Shown piece by piece: positions 1 to 10,819 of a stretch of DNA of 56,658 nucleotides; the first letter of the stretch is position 1, and each line of letters opens with the position of its first letter. Origin of the DNA: Rickettsiales bacterium. Lineage in GTDB: Bacteria; Pseudomonadota; Alphaproteobacteria; Rickettsiales; JABIRX01. The stretch lies in assembly GCA_965658435.1 (NCBI GenBank), contig CBFHSE010000004.1, positions 1 to 56,658 of the forward strand, in the 5' to 3' direction. Both the position numbers and the translations under genes were made by a program. The notes under the pieces are model-generated. The model was not told where the DNA came from, did not search any database, and was given only the letters and a program-made list of their open reading frames with translations.

Positions 1-1941
1 GACCGTTTATCAATAGCTGGAAATTGTAGAATGTGTTTAGTTGAGCTAAGCGTTGGACCTCCTAAGCCTCAAGCTTCTTGTGCAACTCAAGTTTTTGATG
101 GGTTAGAAGTAAAAACTAAATCTGATATGGTTAAAAAAGCTCGCGAAGGTGCAATGGAGTTTTTACTTGCTAATCATCCATTAGATTGTCCAATTTGTGA
201 TCAAGGTGGCGAATGTGACCTTCAAGATCAAGCAATGTTTTATGGCTGCTCGGAAAGCAGGTTTCTAGAAGATAAAAGAGCTGTACCAGAAAAATCCTTT
301 GGGCCGCTAGTTAAAACTCACATGACTAGATGTATACATTGTACAAGGTGTGTTAGATTTTCAACAGAAGTTGCAGGAGTAGAAGAATTAGGAGCGGTAG
401 GTCGAGGAGAATCTATGGAGATTTCTACTTATGTTGAAAAAACATTATCATCAGAATTATCTGGAAATATCATTGATTTATGCCCTGTAGGAGCATTAAC
501 CTCAAAGCCATATGCTTTTACTGCAAGGCCATGGGAATTAACAAAAACTGAATCAATCGATATTCATGACGCAGTAGGAAGCAACATAATAATTGATGCA
601 AAAGGCTCAAAAGTAATGCGAATTCTGCCAAGATTAAACGAAGATATCAATGAAGAATGGATAAGTGATAAAACAAGATTTGCCTGTGATGGATTAAATA
701 TGCAAAGAATTGATCAGCCATATATCCGCAAATCTGGCAAGTTAGTACCTGCAAGCTTTAAAGAAGCAATTAATTTAATTGCTAAAAAAATAGAGCAGAC
801 TCAACTTCTTCACAAAGAAGTAGCGGCCTTAGCTGGTGATTTAGCAGATATAGAATCACTTTATATTTTAAAAGAGTTTCTAGATGAGATAGGTTGTAAA
901 AATTATGATGCTAGACCATATGGCTCGGTCATGAAAAGCGAAAAAAGAGCAGATTACTTATTTAACAGTAAAATAAGCAATATAGAAGAAGCTGACTTAT
1001 GCTTAATTATTAGCGCTAATCCACGTAAAGAAGCTACGATATTAAATTCTAGGATTAGAAAACAATATGTTACAAATAAGAATTTTATCGTTGCCAATAT
1101 AGGAGTTGAAAATGATTTAAGCTATCCATATGAGCAATTAGGTAATACAGGAAAAATTTTAGAAGACATATTATATGGTAAAAATGATTTTGCTAAAAAA
1201 TTAAAATCTGCGAAAAAGCCTTTAATTATAATAGGTGAAGCATTATTTTGCAGAGATGATGCAGAAAGCTGCCTTAATATAATTCAAGAAATTTGCAAAA
1301 AATATAATGTTGTAACATCTGATTGGAATGGTTATAATATTCTGCATAATTCAGCATCTAGAGTAGGTGCTCTTGATATAAATTTTGTTCCAGCTGAAGG
1401 TGGAAAAAGCACAAAAGAAATTTATAAAGCCATTGAAAATGAAAAAATAAATCTTTTATTTTTATTAGGTTATGATGCAGAAAATATAGCGCAGGTAAAA
1501 AATAGTTTTAACATATATATTGGTACACATGGTGATAGAGCTGTGAAATATGCAGATATAATTTTACCAAGTGCTTGTTACACTGAAAAACATGCTCATT
1601 TCACAAATTTAGAAGGGGTGATGCAAAATACTAATAAAGCAGTAAAAGCCCCTGGTTTGGCAATGGAAGATTGGCAAATTATAAACGAGCTCAAGAAAGC
1701 TATGCAGTTAAAAATTTATAAATCATATAAAATTCTATATGAAGAAATGCTAGAAAAAAATCCTAAATTAACAGAATCTGCAAATGATAATAAATTAACA
1801 GAATATAATTCTGGCATTATGACTGCAAAAGGATTTAATAATTATATTGATAATTTTTATCAAACAAATGTTATTGCTAGAGCCTCAGTTACAATGGGAA
1901 AATGTGTTAATGAAATAGAAAATAAAAATAACAATGGCTGA
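1..1941 (+). CDS. nuoG: NADH-quinone oxidoreductase subunit G (5' truncated by window edge)
   Basis: Frame open from base 1 ([15 protein letters not shown]); Fe-S motifs [17 protein letters not shown] and [10 protein letters not shown]; followed by nuoH-N. Confidence 0.97.
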   Translation, partial: DRLSIAGNCRMCLVELSVGPPKPQASCATQVFDGLEVKTKSDMVKKAREGAMEFLLANHPLDCPICDQGGECDLQDQAMFYGCSESRFLEDKRAVPEKSFGPLVKTHMTRCIHCTRCVRFSTEVAGVEELGAVGRGESMEISTYVEKTLSSELSGNIIDLCPVGALTSKPYAFTARPWELTKTESIDIHDAVGSNIIIDAKGSKVMRILPRLNEDINEEWISDKTRFACDGLNMQRIDQPYIRKSGKLVPASFKEAINLIAKKIEQTQLLHKEVAALAGDLADIESLYILKEFLDEIGCKNYDARPYGSVMKSEKRADYLFNSKISNIEEADLCLIISANPRKEATILNSRIRKQYVTNKNFIVANIGVENDLSYPYEQLGNTGKILEDILYGKNDFAKKLKSAKKPLIIIGEALFCRDDAESCLNIIQEICKKYNVVTSDWNGYNILHNSASRVGALDINFVPAEGGKSTKEIYKAIENEKINLLFLLGYDAENIAQVKNSFNIYIGTHGDRAVKYADIILPSACYTEKHAHFTNLEGVMQNTNKAVKAPGLAMEDWQIINELKKAMQLKIYKSYKILYEEMLEKNPKLTESANDNKLTEYNSGIMTAKGFNNYIDNFYQTNVIARASVTMGKCVNEIENKNNNG

Positions 1942-2947
1942 AGCAAGTTTCTTAAATGATTTAACATTAATAATTGAAATTATAACTAAAATTATCTTGT
2001 TAGTTGGCCCACTTATTGGTTGTGTAGCTTTCTTAACTTTATTCGAAAGAAAAATAATTGCAGCAATGCAACTAAGAAAAGGTCCTAACATAGTTGGGCC
2101 ATTTGGCTTATTTCAGCCACTAGCCGATGGGTTAAAGTTAATGTTAAAAGAGCCAATTATTCCAATTGGTGCAAATAAAATTATCTTTCTACTTGCCCCA
2201 GTAATAACTTATAGCTTAGCTTTAATTGCCTGGGCTGTAATACCAATTAGCGATAATTTTGTAATTGCTGATGTTAATCTCGGTTTGCTTTATCTAATAG
2301 CAATATCTTCATTAGGGGTATATGGCATAATAATGGCTGGCTGGGCAAGTAATTCAAAATATGCATTTCTTGGAGCAATAAGATCATCAGCTCAAATGAT
2401 TTCATATGAAGTGTCTATGGGAATAATAATAGTTTGTATTTTATTATTAACTGGGAGTTTAAATTTAAAGGAGATAGTTTTATCGCAACAAGATGGTTGG
2501 TATATATGGCCATTATTTCCAATATTTATAATATTTTTTATATCCATACTTGCCGAGACTAATCGCCATCCATTTGATCTTCCAGAAGCTGAAGCAGAAT
2601 TAGTTGCTGGATATAATGTAGAATATTCATCAATGCCATTTGCTTTATTCTTCCTTGGTGAATATGCAAATATGATATTAATGTCAGCATTAACTACAAT
2701 TTTATTTTTAGGGGGTTGGCTAGCACCATTTAATATTGAATGGTTAAATATTATTCCAGGTCAAATCTGGTTTATTTTAAAAGTAACATTTTTATTGTTT
2801 TTGTTTATTTGGGTAAGAGCTACTTTACCAAGATATCGCTATGATCAATTAATGCGCCTAGGTTGGAAAATATTTTTACCAATCACTCTGCTTTGGTTAA
2901 TAGGGCAAGCTTCCTTTTTATATATATTTGATAAATTACCCACATAA
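1934..2947 (+). CDS. nuoH: NADH-quinone oxidoreductase subunit H
   Basis: [51 protein letters not shown] motifs. Confidence 0.98.
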   Translation: MAEASFLNDLTLIIEIITKIILLVGPLIGCVAFLTLFERKIIAAMQLRKGPNIVGPFGLFQPLADGLKLMLKEPIIPIGANKIIFLLAPVITYSLALIAWAVIPISDNFVIADVNLGLLYLIAISSLGVYGIIMAGWASNSKYAFLGAIRSSAQMISYEVSMGIIIVCILLLTGSLNLKEIVLSQQDGWYIWPLFPIFIIFFISILAETNRHPFDLPEAEAELVAGYNVEYSSMPFALFFLGEYANMILMSALTTILFLGGWLAPFNIEWLNIIPGQIWFILKVTFLLFLFIWVRATLPRYRYDQLMRLGWKIFLPITLLWLIGQASFLYIFDKLPT

Positions 2948-2950
2948 ATT

Positions 2951-3439
2951 ATGACTAAAATTATATCATTAATCAAAAGTTTCTTTTTAATAGAAATTAT
3001 CAAAGGTTTAGCAAAAACTCTAAAATTTATGTTTAAACCTAAAGTTACCATAAATTACCCTTATGAAAAAGGTCCTATTAGTCAAAGATTCAGAGGGGAG
3101 CATGCTTTAAGAAGATATCCTAATGGTGAAGAAAGATGCATTGCGTGCAAGTTATGTGAAGCAATATGCCCAGCTCAAGCTATTACAATAGAAGCAGAAG
3201 AAAGAGAAGATGGTCAAAGAAAAACAACGCAATATGACATAGATATGACCAAATGTATTTATTGTGGTTACTGTCAGGAAGCATGCCCAGTTGATGCAAT
3301 TGTTGAGGGTCCAAATTTTGAATTTGCTACCGAAACAAGATCTGAATTAATGTATAATAAAGAAAAATTACTAGAAAACGGAGATAGATGGGAAGACGCA
3401 TTATTTAGTAATATAGAAGAAGAAAACACATATAAATAA
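2951..3439 (+). CDS. nuoI: NADH-quinone oxidoreductase subunit I
   Basis: Two 4Fe-4S motifs [12 protein letters not shown] and [12 protein letters not shown]. Confidence 0.98.
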   Translation: MTKIISLIKSFFLIEIIKGLAKTLKFMFKPKVTINYPYEKGPISQRFRGEHALRRYPNGEERCIACKLCEAICPAQAITIEAEEREDGQRKTTQYDIDMTKCIYCGYCQEACPVDAIVEGPNFEFATETRSELMYNKEKLLENGDRWEDALFSNIEEENTYK

Positions 3440-3440
3440 A

Positions 3441-4043
3441 ATGAATTTAATAGCCTTTTACATATTCTCATTTTTATTAATTAGCTCAAGCTTATTTGTT
3501 ATTACTGCAAGAAACCCTGTTCATTCAGTTTTATTTCTTATTTTTGCATTTTTTAATTCTGCAGGTTTATTTTTACTGCAAGGTGCAGAGTTTTTAGCTT
3601 TAATATTAGTAATAATATATGTAGGAGCAGTTGCGATATTATTCTTATTTGTAGTGATGATGTTAAATATTGAAATTAAATCAATAAAAAAAGAGCTTCT
3701 AAAGATATTGCCATTTACACTTATAATATCCTCAATAATTTTTGCAGAGATTTACTTTGCCACTACAATTTCACTTAATTCATTAAGCCAAAATATTAAA
3801 GTATCATATCCAACTACAGAAGGAGAGGCTGATATCTATAGCCTTGGTAAAATATTATATACAGAATTTTTCTTTCATTTTCAAATAGCTGGGCTTATTT
3901 TATTGGTCGCAATGATGGGAGCAGTTATTTTAACATTAAGACAAAGAGAAAATGTTAAAAAACAGAAAATATCAGAGCAAGTATTACGAAGCAGAAAAGA
4001 TTCAGTAAAGCTAGTAAAAGTTTTAACAGGAAAAGGAGTATAA
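3441..4043 (+). CDS. nuoJ: NADH-quinone oxidoreductase subunit J
   Basis: RNPVHSVLFL, YVGAVAILFLFVVMML; operon position. Confidence 0.97.
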   Translation: MNLIAFYIFSFLLISSSLFVITARNPVHSVLFLIFAFFNSAGLFLLQGAEFLALILVIIYVGAVAILFLFVVMMLNIEIKSIKKELLKILPFTLIISSIIFAEIYFATTISLNSLSQNIKVSYPTTEGEADIYSLGKILYTEFFFHFQIAGLILLVAMMGAVILTLRQRENVKKQKISEQVLRSRKDSVKLVKVLTGKGV

Positions 4044-4044
4044 A

Positions 4045-4371
4045 ATGGAATTATTTACTTATCAGGAAATACCAACTCAATATTTTATTACGATTTCAGC
4101 AGCAATATTTGTGATAGGCTTTTCAGGAATATTGATTAATCGTAAATCAATAATAAATTTTTTAATGTCACTAGAGTTAATTTTGCTAGCTGCAAATATT
4201 AATTTTGTTACTTTTTCAGCCATGCTACAAGATCTTATAGGTCAAGTATTTGTAATGTTCATATTAACGGTTGCCGCAGCAGAAGTGGCCATAGGAATTG
4301 CCATATTAGTTATATATTTTCGCCAAAAAGGAAATATTAATGTTGCAGAAATTAATATCATGAAAGGTTAG
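4045..4371 (+). CDS. nuoK: NADH-quinone oxidoreductase subunit K
   Basis: LMSLELILLA, GQVFVMFILTVAAAEVAIG. Confidence 0.97.
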   Translation: MELFTYQEIPTQYFITISAAIFVIGFSGILINRKSIINFLMSLELILLAANINFVTFSAMLQDLIGQVFVMFILTVAAAEVAIGIAILVIYFRQKGNINVAEINIMKG

Positions 4372-4372
4372 A

Positions 4373-6298
4373 ATGTTAGAAGCAAAATTAGCAATATTTC
4401 TTCCTTTAATATCTACTCTTATTAGTAGTTTTTTTGTAAGAGCGGAAAATAGCAAAATAATTCAATATTTATGCAGCACATTAATTGCAGTTTCTGCAGC
4501 TTATTCTTTAATTTTATACAGCCAAATTATAAATAGTGACGTTGTTATTATAAGCAAAATTTTAAATTGGATAAATATTACAGATCTAAAAATTAATTGG
4601 GAAATACAAATAGACAGCTTATCAGCTACCATGTTGGTAGTGATTAATTTAGTATCAGCTATAGTACATTTTTATTCAATAGGCTATATGGAGGGAGAAA
4701 AAAGAGTTAACAGATTTATTTGTTACCTATCATTATTTACATTCTTTATGATAATATTAGTAACCGCTGCAAATTTATTACAATTATTTGTAGGCTGGGA
4801 AGGTGTTGGTTTATGTTCCTATTTGTTAATTGGATATTGGTTTAAAAAAGAATCTGCAAATAAAGCAAGTTTAAAAGCATTCATTACAAACCGTATTGGA
4901 GATTTTGCTTTTATCATAGGAATGTTCGGCATATATAGCCTTTTTGGTTCTCTAAATTTTCTAGATATTTTAGCGCAAACAGAAAATCTAGCTCCTGCAG
5001 AAATTAACATATTTGGTGCAAATTTTAACTATATAGATTTCATAGCAATGACGCTATTCATAGGTTGTATGGGTAAGTCCGCTCAAATTGGTTTACATAT
5101 CTGGCTTCCAGATGCAATGGAAGGGCCAACACCTGTATCTGCATTAATTCATGCAGCAACAATGGTTACAGCAGGAATATTTTTAGTGGTTAGGTTATCT
5201 GGAGTTTTTGAGTTATCTCCATTTACTTTAAATTTTATGACAATTATTGGAGCAATAACATGTATTTTTGCGGCAACTATAGCTATTACCCAAAATGACA
5301 TAAAAAAAGTAATAGCATATTCTACTTGTTCCCAATTAGGTTATATGTTTTTTGCTTGCGGAGTATCGGCTTATGCAGCAGGAATGTTCCACCTAGTAAC
5401 TCATGCCTTCTTTAAGGCATTATTATTCCTAGCGGCTGGTAATGTAATAATTGCGACCCATCATGAACAAGATATGCGCAAAATGGGAGGATTATGGAAA
5501 AAAATACCGTTAACCTATATATTAGTATGGTTTGGTTCATTGGCAATAGCTGGGATACCTCCATTTGCAGGTTATTTTTCCAAAGATGTTATTCTAGAAT
5601 CAGCTTTTATGGCTCATAGTAAATATGGTAATTTTGCCTATATAGTAGGAATTACAGCAGCATTTTTAACAGCTTTTTACTCATGGCGCTTATTATATTT
5701 AACGTTTCATGGCAAGCCAGAACATGAAAAAATACACAAAGTTCCAGCAATAATGAGTTACCCTTTAATCATTCTTGGATGCGGAGCTGTTATTACAGGT
5801 TATTTTGGCTATAAAATATTAGAAATAGTAGATCCAATTTCATATTATTGGGGTAATGCAATTCAGAATTTCCAAGAAGTAAATATATTAAGTAAAATTC
5901 ATCATACTCCACCTCTTATAAAATATTTACCACTAATTTTATCATTATCTGCTATTATTACTGCAACATGTTTTTATATTATTAAACCAGGTTTAGCAAA
6001 AACATGCAAAAATCAATTTCATAAAATTTATCAATTATTTCTTAATAAATGGTATGTCGATGAAATATATCAAAAATACATAATAAACCCATATTTAAAA
6101 TTCGCTGAATTTTCATCGAAAATATTAGATAAAAAAATCATTGATGGTTCATTACCTAATGGTTCAGCTGCAATAACTAGATCGTTATCTAAACTTACAA
6201 GTAAATCTCAAACAGGATTTATATATCACTATGCCTTCACATTTATTATTGGTTTAGTAATATTATTAACTTGGATTATAATTAAAAATATAAGCTAA
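4373..6298 (+). CDS. nuoL: NADH-quinone oxidoreductase subunit L
   Basis: GKSAQIGLHIWLPDAMEGPTPVSALIHAATMV, HAFFKALLFL. Confidence 0.98.
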   Translation: MLEAKLAIFLPLISTLISSFFVRAENSKIIQYLCSTLIAVSAAYSLILYSQIINSDVVIISKILNWINITDLKINWEIQIDSLSATMLVVINLVSAIVHFYSIGYMEGEKRVNRFICYLSLFTFFMIILVTAANLLQLFVGWEGVGLCSYLLIGYWFKKESANKASLKAFITNRIGDFAFIIGMFGIYSLFGSLNFLDILAQTENLAPAEINIFGANFNYIDFIAMTLFIGCMGKSAQIGLHIWLPDAMEGPTPVSALIHAATMVTAGIFLVVRLSGVFELSPFTLNFMTIIGAITCIFAATIAITQNDIKKVIAYSTCSQLGYMFFACGVSAYAAGMFHLVTHAFFKALLFLAAGNVIIATHHEQDMRKMGGLWKKIPLTYILVWFGSLAIAGIPPFAGYFSKDVILESAFMAHSKYGNFAYIVGITAAFLTAFYSWRLLYLTFHGKPEHEKIHKVPAIMSYPLIILGCGAVITGYFGYKILEIVDPISYYWGNAIQNFQEVNILSKIHHTPPLIKYLPLILSLSAIITATCFYIIKPGLAKTCKNQFHKIYQLFLNKWYVDEIYQKYIINPYLKFAEFSSKILDKKIIDGSLPNGSAAITRSLSKLTSKSQTGFIYHYAFTFIIGLVILLTWIIIKNIS

Positions 6299-6299
6299 A

Positions 6300-7799
6300 A
6301 TGAGTTTAAATTTTCCTTTTCTAACAACATTAATTTTAATCCCTGCATTAAGTGCATTATTTATTTTATTATTTATTAAAAATGATTCTGAATATTCAGT
6401 AAATAATATTAACACAATGGGTTTTTGGGCTACATTGCTTAATTTTGCTATTTCATTGGTAATATTATTTAAATTTGATTTTCAAGATACCTCCTTTCAA
6501 TTTAATGAATCATATTTATGGATAACAAATTTAGATATAGGTTATAGAGTAGGTGTGGATAGTATATCTCTTTTGCTTGTAATACTTACTACATCAATCA
6601 TGCCCCTTTGTATGATATTTTCCAAAAATTCTATAAAATTTAAACAAAAAGAATATGTAATATCATTTCTATTGCTTGAAAGCTTTATAATAGGAACCTT
6701 TATTGCAACTGATTTACTACTTTTTTACATATTCTTTGAAACAACTTTAATTCCAATGTTTATAATAATAGGTATTTGGGGAGGTAAAGATAAAATCTAT
6801 GCAGCATATAAATTTTTTCTTTATACTTTCTTTGGTTCAATTTTATTTTTACTAGCAATAATAACCATTATTATATCTGCTAAAACATCAAACCTAATAA
6901 TGCTATATGAAATTGTGCCAAATATGTTTCAGGGTCAAACAGCACATTATTTATGGTTTGCATTATTTATGGCATTTGCAATTAAAATTCCTATGTTCCC
7001 TTTTCATACATGGTTACCAGATGCGCATGTTCAAGCGCCAACATCTGGTTCGGTAATATTAGCGGCAATTTTACTTAAAATGGGAGCTTATGGTTTAATA
7101 AGATTCTCTTTGCCCTTCTTTCCAGAATCTTCATTCTTATTTAAAGATCTGGTATATTACCTGAGCATAATTGCAATAATATATACCTCAATAATTGCCT
7201 GCAGCCAGAATGATATAAAAAAATTAATCGCATATTCATCAATTGCCCATATGGGATATGTGACATTAGGTATATTTACATTTGATAATACAGGTATGAT
7301 AGGGGCAATTTTTCAAATGATTAGCCATGGAATTATCTCTGGTGCCATGTTTTTTATGATTGGTATGATCTATGACAGATTGCATACAAGAGATATCAAA
7401 AAATTAGGTGGGTTAGCCAATATAATGCCAAATTACAGCATATTTTTTATGATCTTAACATTTGGTTCAATAGCATTACCAGCAACAAGTGGTTTTATCG
7501 GTGAGTTTTTAATATTATTAGCAGCCTATAAAGTAAGTCCAGCGATAATGATATTTGCTGCATTTGGTGTGGTCTTAGGGGCGGTATATATGTTAAGGCT
7601 TGCAAAATCAGCAATAATGGGTGAAGCAGAAAATAAAGAAATATTATCATTGAAAGACATAAGTAAAGATGAATTTATAATATTACTACCATTTGCTATT
7701 TTAGTAATATTACTAGGAATTTACCCAGCATTAATAAATGATATCCTAAACCCCGCAATTAGTGATTATTTCCAAGAATTAATACCGAATAAAATATAA
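6300..7799 (+). CDS. nuoM: NADH-quinone oxidoreductase subunit M
   Basis: KIPMFPFHTWLPDAHVQAP, KKLIAYSSIAHMG. Confidence 0.98.
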   Translation: MSLNFPFLTTLILIPALSALFILLFIKNDSEYSVNNINTMGFWATLLNFAISLVILFKFDFQDTSFQFNESYLWITNLDIGYRVGVDSISLLLVILTTSIMPLCMIFSKNSIKFKQKEYVISFLLLESFIIGTFIATDLLLFYIFFETTLIPMFIIIGIWGGKDKIYAAYKFFLYTFFGSILFLLAIITIIISAKTSNLIMLYEIVPNMFQGQTAHYLWFALFMAFAIKIPMFPFHTWLPDAHVQAPTSGSVILAAILLKMGAYGLIRFSLPFFPESSFLFKDLVYYLSIIAIIYTSIIACSQNDIKKLIAYSSIAHMGYVTLGIFTFDNTGMIGAIFQMISHGIISGAMFFMIGMIYDRLHTRDIKKLGGLANIMPNYSIFFMILTFGSIALPATSGFIGEFLILLAAYKVSPAIMIFAAFGVVLGAVYMLRLAKSAIMGEAENKEILSLKDISKDEFIILLPFAILVILLGIYPALINDILNPAISDYFQELIPNKI

Positions 7800-7801
7800 A
7801 A

Positions 7802-9280
7802 ATGATTGAAAGCCAAACAATTAACCAATTATTGCAATATACAGAATTACCAGAAATATTTTTAGCTATTTCATCATTATTATTAATTGTTATAGGAGTT
7901 GCAAAAGGCAATAAATTTACAGCAAAATTAACAATATTTTCGATAATAATACTAGCTATTTCATTCTTTTTACTTTTAGGAATAACTGATCAGCATCTCA
8001 AATATTTGGATTTATTTTATCATGATGATGGCTTTACGAAATTAGTAAAAATCATTATTATAATATCCGCTATAATTGCTCTTATTTTATATGTAGGTCA
8101 TCTCGAATATAACATAGTTAATTCAAGATTTGAGTTTCCAATATTATTAATATTTTCTGTTGTAGGAATGATGATAATGGTTTCTGCAAAAGATTTTTTA
8201 ACTCTTTATATGGGATTAGAATTACAAAGCCTTGCAATATATATATTGGTTTCAATTAATTCAAACAGCATCAAATCATCAGAAGCAGGATTTAAATATT
8301 TCATATTAGGAGCATTAAGTTCAGCTATACTTCTTTATGGAGTGAGCTTAATTTATGGTTTTACAGCTTCAATAAATTTTGCAGATATAGCCTTAATAGT
8401 TAAAGAAAATGAAAGAAATTTAGGAATTATACTAGCATTAGTATTTATCTTTATTTCTCTAGCATTTAAAGTTTCTGCGGTACCATTTCACATGTGGACA
8501 CCAGATGTATATGAGGGTGCTCCAACACCAGTAACTTTATTTCTTGGAACAGCGCCAAAATTAGCAGCATTTATTGCCTTATTTAGAGTGTTAGGAGAAG
8601 CATTCCCTAATCTATATAAAGATTGGCATTCATTAATAAATATAATTGCAGTGGCATCATTATTTATAGGTGCTTTTGGAGCAATAATGCAGCAAAATTT
8701 TAAAAGATTATTAGCATATAGTAGTATTAACCATGTTGGTTTCATATTATTGGCTATATCAGTATTTAACAGCGAGGCAATTGAAGCAATGTTGTTTTAT
8801 ATTATCATTTACATAACTCTTATATTTGCCTCATTTGCATTTTTAATGATTGTAAAACAAAGTCATTCCTCTGCTGATACTGCAGATAAAAAGCCATTAG
8901 AAGAAATTCATGCATATTCAGGCATAGCCAAAACCATGCCAATAACTGCATTAGGGATGATGATAATCTTATTATCAATGACAGGAATTCCTCCATTTGC
9001 TGGTTTTTTTGCAAAATTTTATTTATTTAAAGCAATTCTTGCTGGAGGGCATTATAATTTAGCGATTCTTGCCGCAATATCAGCAGTTATTGCAACATTT
9101 TATTATTTAAAAATTATTAAAATTATGTTTTTTGATGAGTTAAACGAAACCTATAATAAAAAACCAACTCTAGCAACTACATTAATATTCACCTTAATGT
9201 TGATAATTAATTTATTATATTTTGTAAAACCTACAATTATAAAAGAAGTTACGGAGCAAGCTGTACAAACATTATTTTAA
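7802..9280 (+). CDS. nuoN: NADH-quinone oxidoreductase subunit N
   Basis: FKVSAVPFHMWTPDVYEGAP, KRLLAYSSINHVG. Confidence 0.98.
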   Translation: MIESQTINQLLQYTELPEIFLAISSLLLIVIGVAKGNKFTAKLTIFSIIILAISFFLLLGITDQHLKYLDLFYHDDGFTKLVKIIIIISAIIALILYVGHLEYNIVNSRFEFPILLIFSVVGMMIMVSAKDFLTLYMGLELQSLAIYILVSINSNSIKSSEAGFKYFILGALSSAILLYGVSLIYGFTASINFADIALIVKENERNLGIILALVFIFISLAFKVSAVPFHMWTPDVYEGAPTPVTLFLGTAPKLAAFIALFRVLGEAFPNLYKDWHSLINIIAVASLFIGAFGAIMQQNFKRLLAYSSINHVGFILLAISVFNSEAIEAMLFYIIIYITLIFASFAFLMIVKQSHSSADTADKKPLEEIHAYSGIAKTMPITALGMMIILLSMTGIPPFAGFFAKFYLFKAILAGGHYNLAILAAISAVIATFYYLKIIKIMFFDELNETYNKKPTLATTLIFTLMLIINLLYFVKPTIIKEVTEQAVQTLF

Positions 9281-9291
9281 CATTTTATTGA

Positions 9292-10052
9292 ATGTCACAA
9301 TTCTTTGATCCATTTGATCCCAATATATTAGTTTTTGATAAATTAGATTCTACATCATTAGAAGCAAAAAGAATAATAGATGCTGGTAATGCTGAACATG
9401 GTCTAATAATCTGGGCAAAAGAGCAAATAAAAGGCAAAGGAAGAGGTGATAAAATATGGCATAGCTATAATGGTAATCTAACTATGTCAGTAATAATTAA
9501 ACTTACCAAAAATTTTGCTAATTATTCTCTCTATCCTTTTATTATTGCGATTGCAATAAAGGAAGCTCTAGAAAAAGAAGGTGTGGATGGATTAAAGTTC
9601 AAATGGCCTAATGACATATTGCTTAATCATAAAAAAATAGCAGGCATACTTTTAGAGAGTAAAATAAAATGGTCAGAAGAAAATTTTCTGATTTGTGGCA
9701 TTGGCTTAAATATAGCTAATTATCCAAAAGAAATAAAAAATGCTACTTGCCTAGAAAAGGAAAAATATAAGATAGATGATATAGGAAAAATTCTATTTTT
9801 AATAATAGCAAATATTGGAAATCACTTGGATAAAATAGATCAAGAAAAATATCATAAATATATTTATGAAGAATGGTTGAAATCTGCTTATAATTTAGGA
9901 AAAGAAATTACACTATTGACCGCGGTAATCTAATTTTAAAAAATGCAGATAAAAAACATATTATTTCAACAGGAGAAGTGTTTTTTAAAGATGAGAATTC
10001 TGAAACTGATAATGACAATGATAACATCTCCTATCTTAATAGAGATAAATAA
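9292..10052 (+). pseudogene. birA: Biotin-protein ligase, frameshifted near 9912 (ORF stops at 9933; native C-terminus continues in another frame to 10052)
   Basis: Catalytic motifs QIKGKGRG, KWPNDILLNHKKIAGIL, GIGLN; alternate frame TIDRGNLILKNADKKHIISTGEVFF...DK* ends TAA at 10050-10052 overlapping the coaX ATG. Confidence 0.8.
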
Positions 10053-10819
10053 TGATTTTAACAATTGATATAGGAAATAGTAATATCTTAATAGGAACCT
10101 TTAATAAGAAGTTAATAGCAAGCAAAAGATATGCAACAAAACAAGATATTACAGAAAAAGAAATTGTTAATAAAACCACTGAATTTCTGAATGAATATTC
10201 AATTAAAACAGAAAATATTTCTGCAATAATTATCGCATCTGTTGTACCTGATTTAAATAAAATTTATGCGATAACAATTGAAAAATTGTTTAATAAAAAA
10301 TGTTATTTTTTAAAAGATTTTATTAATGATTTTCCTCTAAAAATATCTATAGATAATAAAAATGAGGTTGGAGATGATAGGCTTGCAAATTCATTGGCTG
10401 CCATAGAAATCTATCAAGATAATGTAATAGTAATAGATTTTGGCACAGCCATAACATTTGATGTTGTAACTAAAAAAGAGGGCTATATTGGAGGGGTTAT
10501 TTTTCCAGGGGTAAGGCTTGCTTTAAAATATTTATGTAATGATACAGCTCAATTAACAAAGGTTGATATTACAAAAATAGAAAATATTACTGGTAAAAAT
10601 ACGAATGATGCTATAAAAAGTGGAATGTTTAATGGTTATTTAGCCATGCTTGAAGGCGTTACAGCAAAAATTATCAAGGAGCATAATCTAAATTTCAAGA
10701 TCATTATCACTGGAGGAATTGGCAAAATTTTTGCCGATAATACTATATTAAAAAATGAGTATGATGAAAATTTAACATTAACCGGATTAAAAATATTATA
10801 TCATAAAAAGTGTCAGTAA
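10052..10819 (+). CDS. coaX: Type III pantothenate kinase
   Basis: IDIGNSN, VGDDRLAN, VIDFGTAITFD, IITGG; birA-coaX-rnj synteny. Confidence 0.95.
   Translation: MILTIDIGNSNILIGTFNKKLIASKRYATKQDITEKEIVNKTTEFLNEYSIKTENISAIIIASVVPDLNKIYAITIEKLFNKKCYFLKDFINDFPLKISIDNKNEVGDDRLANSLAAIEIYQDNVIVIDFGTAITFDVVTKKEGYIGGVIFPGVRLALKYLCNDTAQLTKVDITKIENITGKNTNDAIKSGMFNGYLAMLEGVTAKIIKEHNLNFKIIITGGIGKIFADNTILKNEYDENLTLTGLKILYHKKCQ

Noticed and set aside
9901-9933. Programmed -1 ribosomal frameshift in birA
   Set aside because: No X XXY YYZ slippery heptamer at the junction, and conserved residues appear missing, which favours deletion or assembly error
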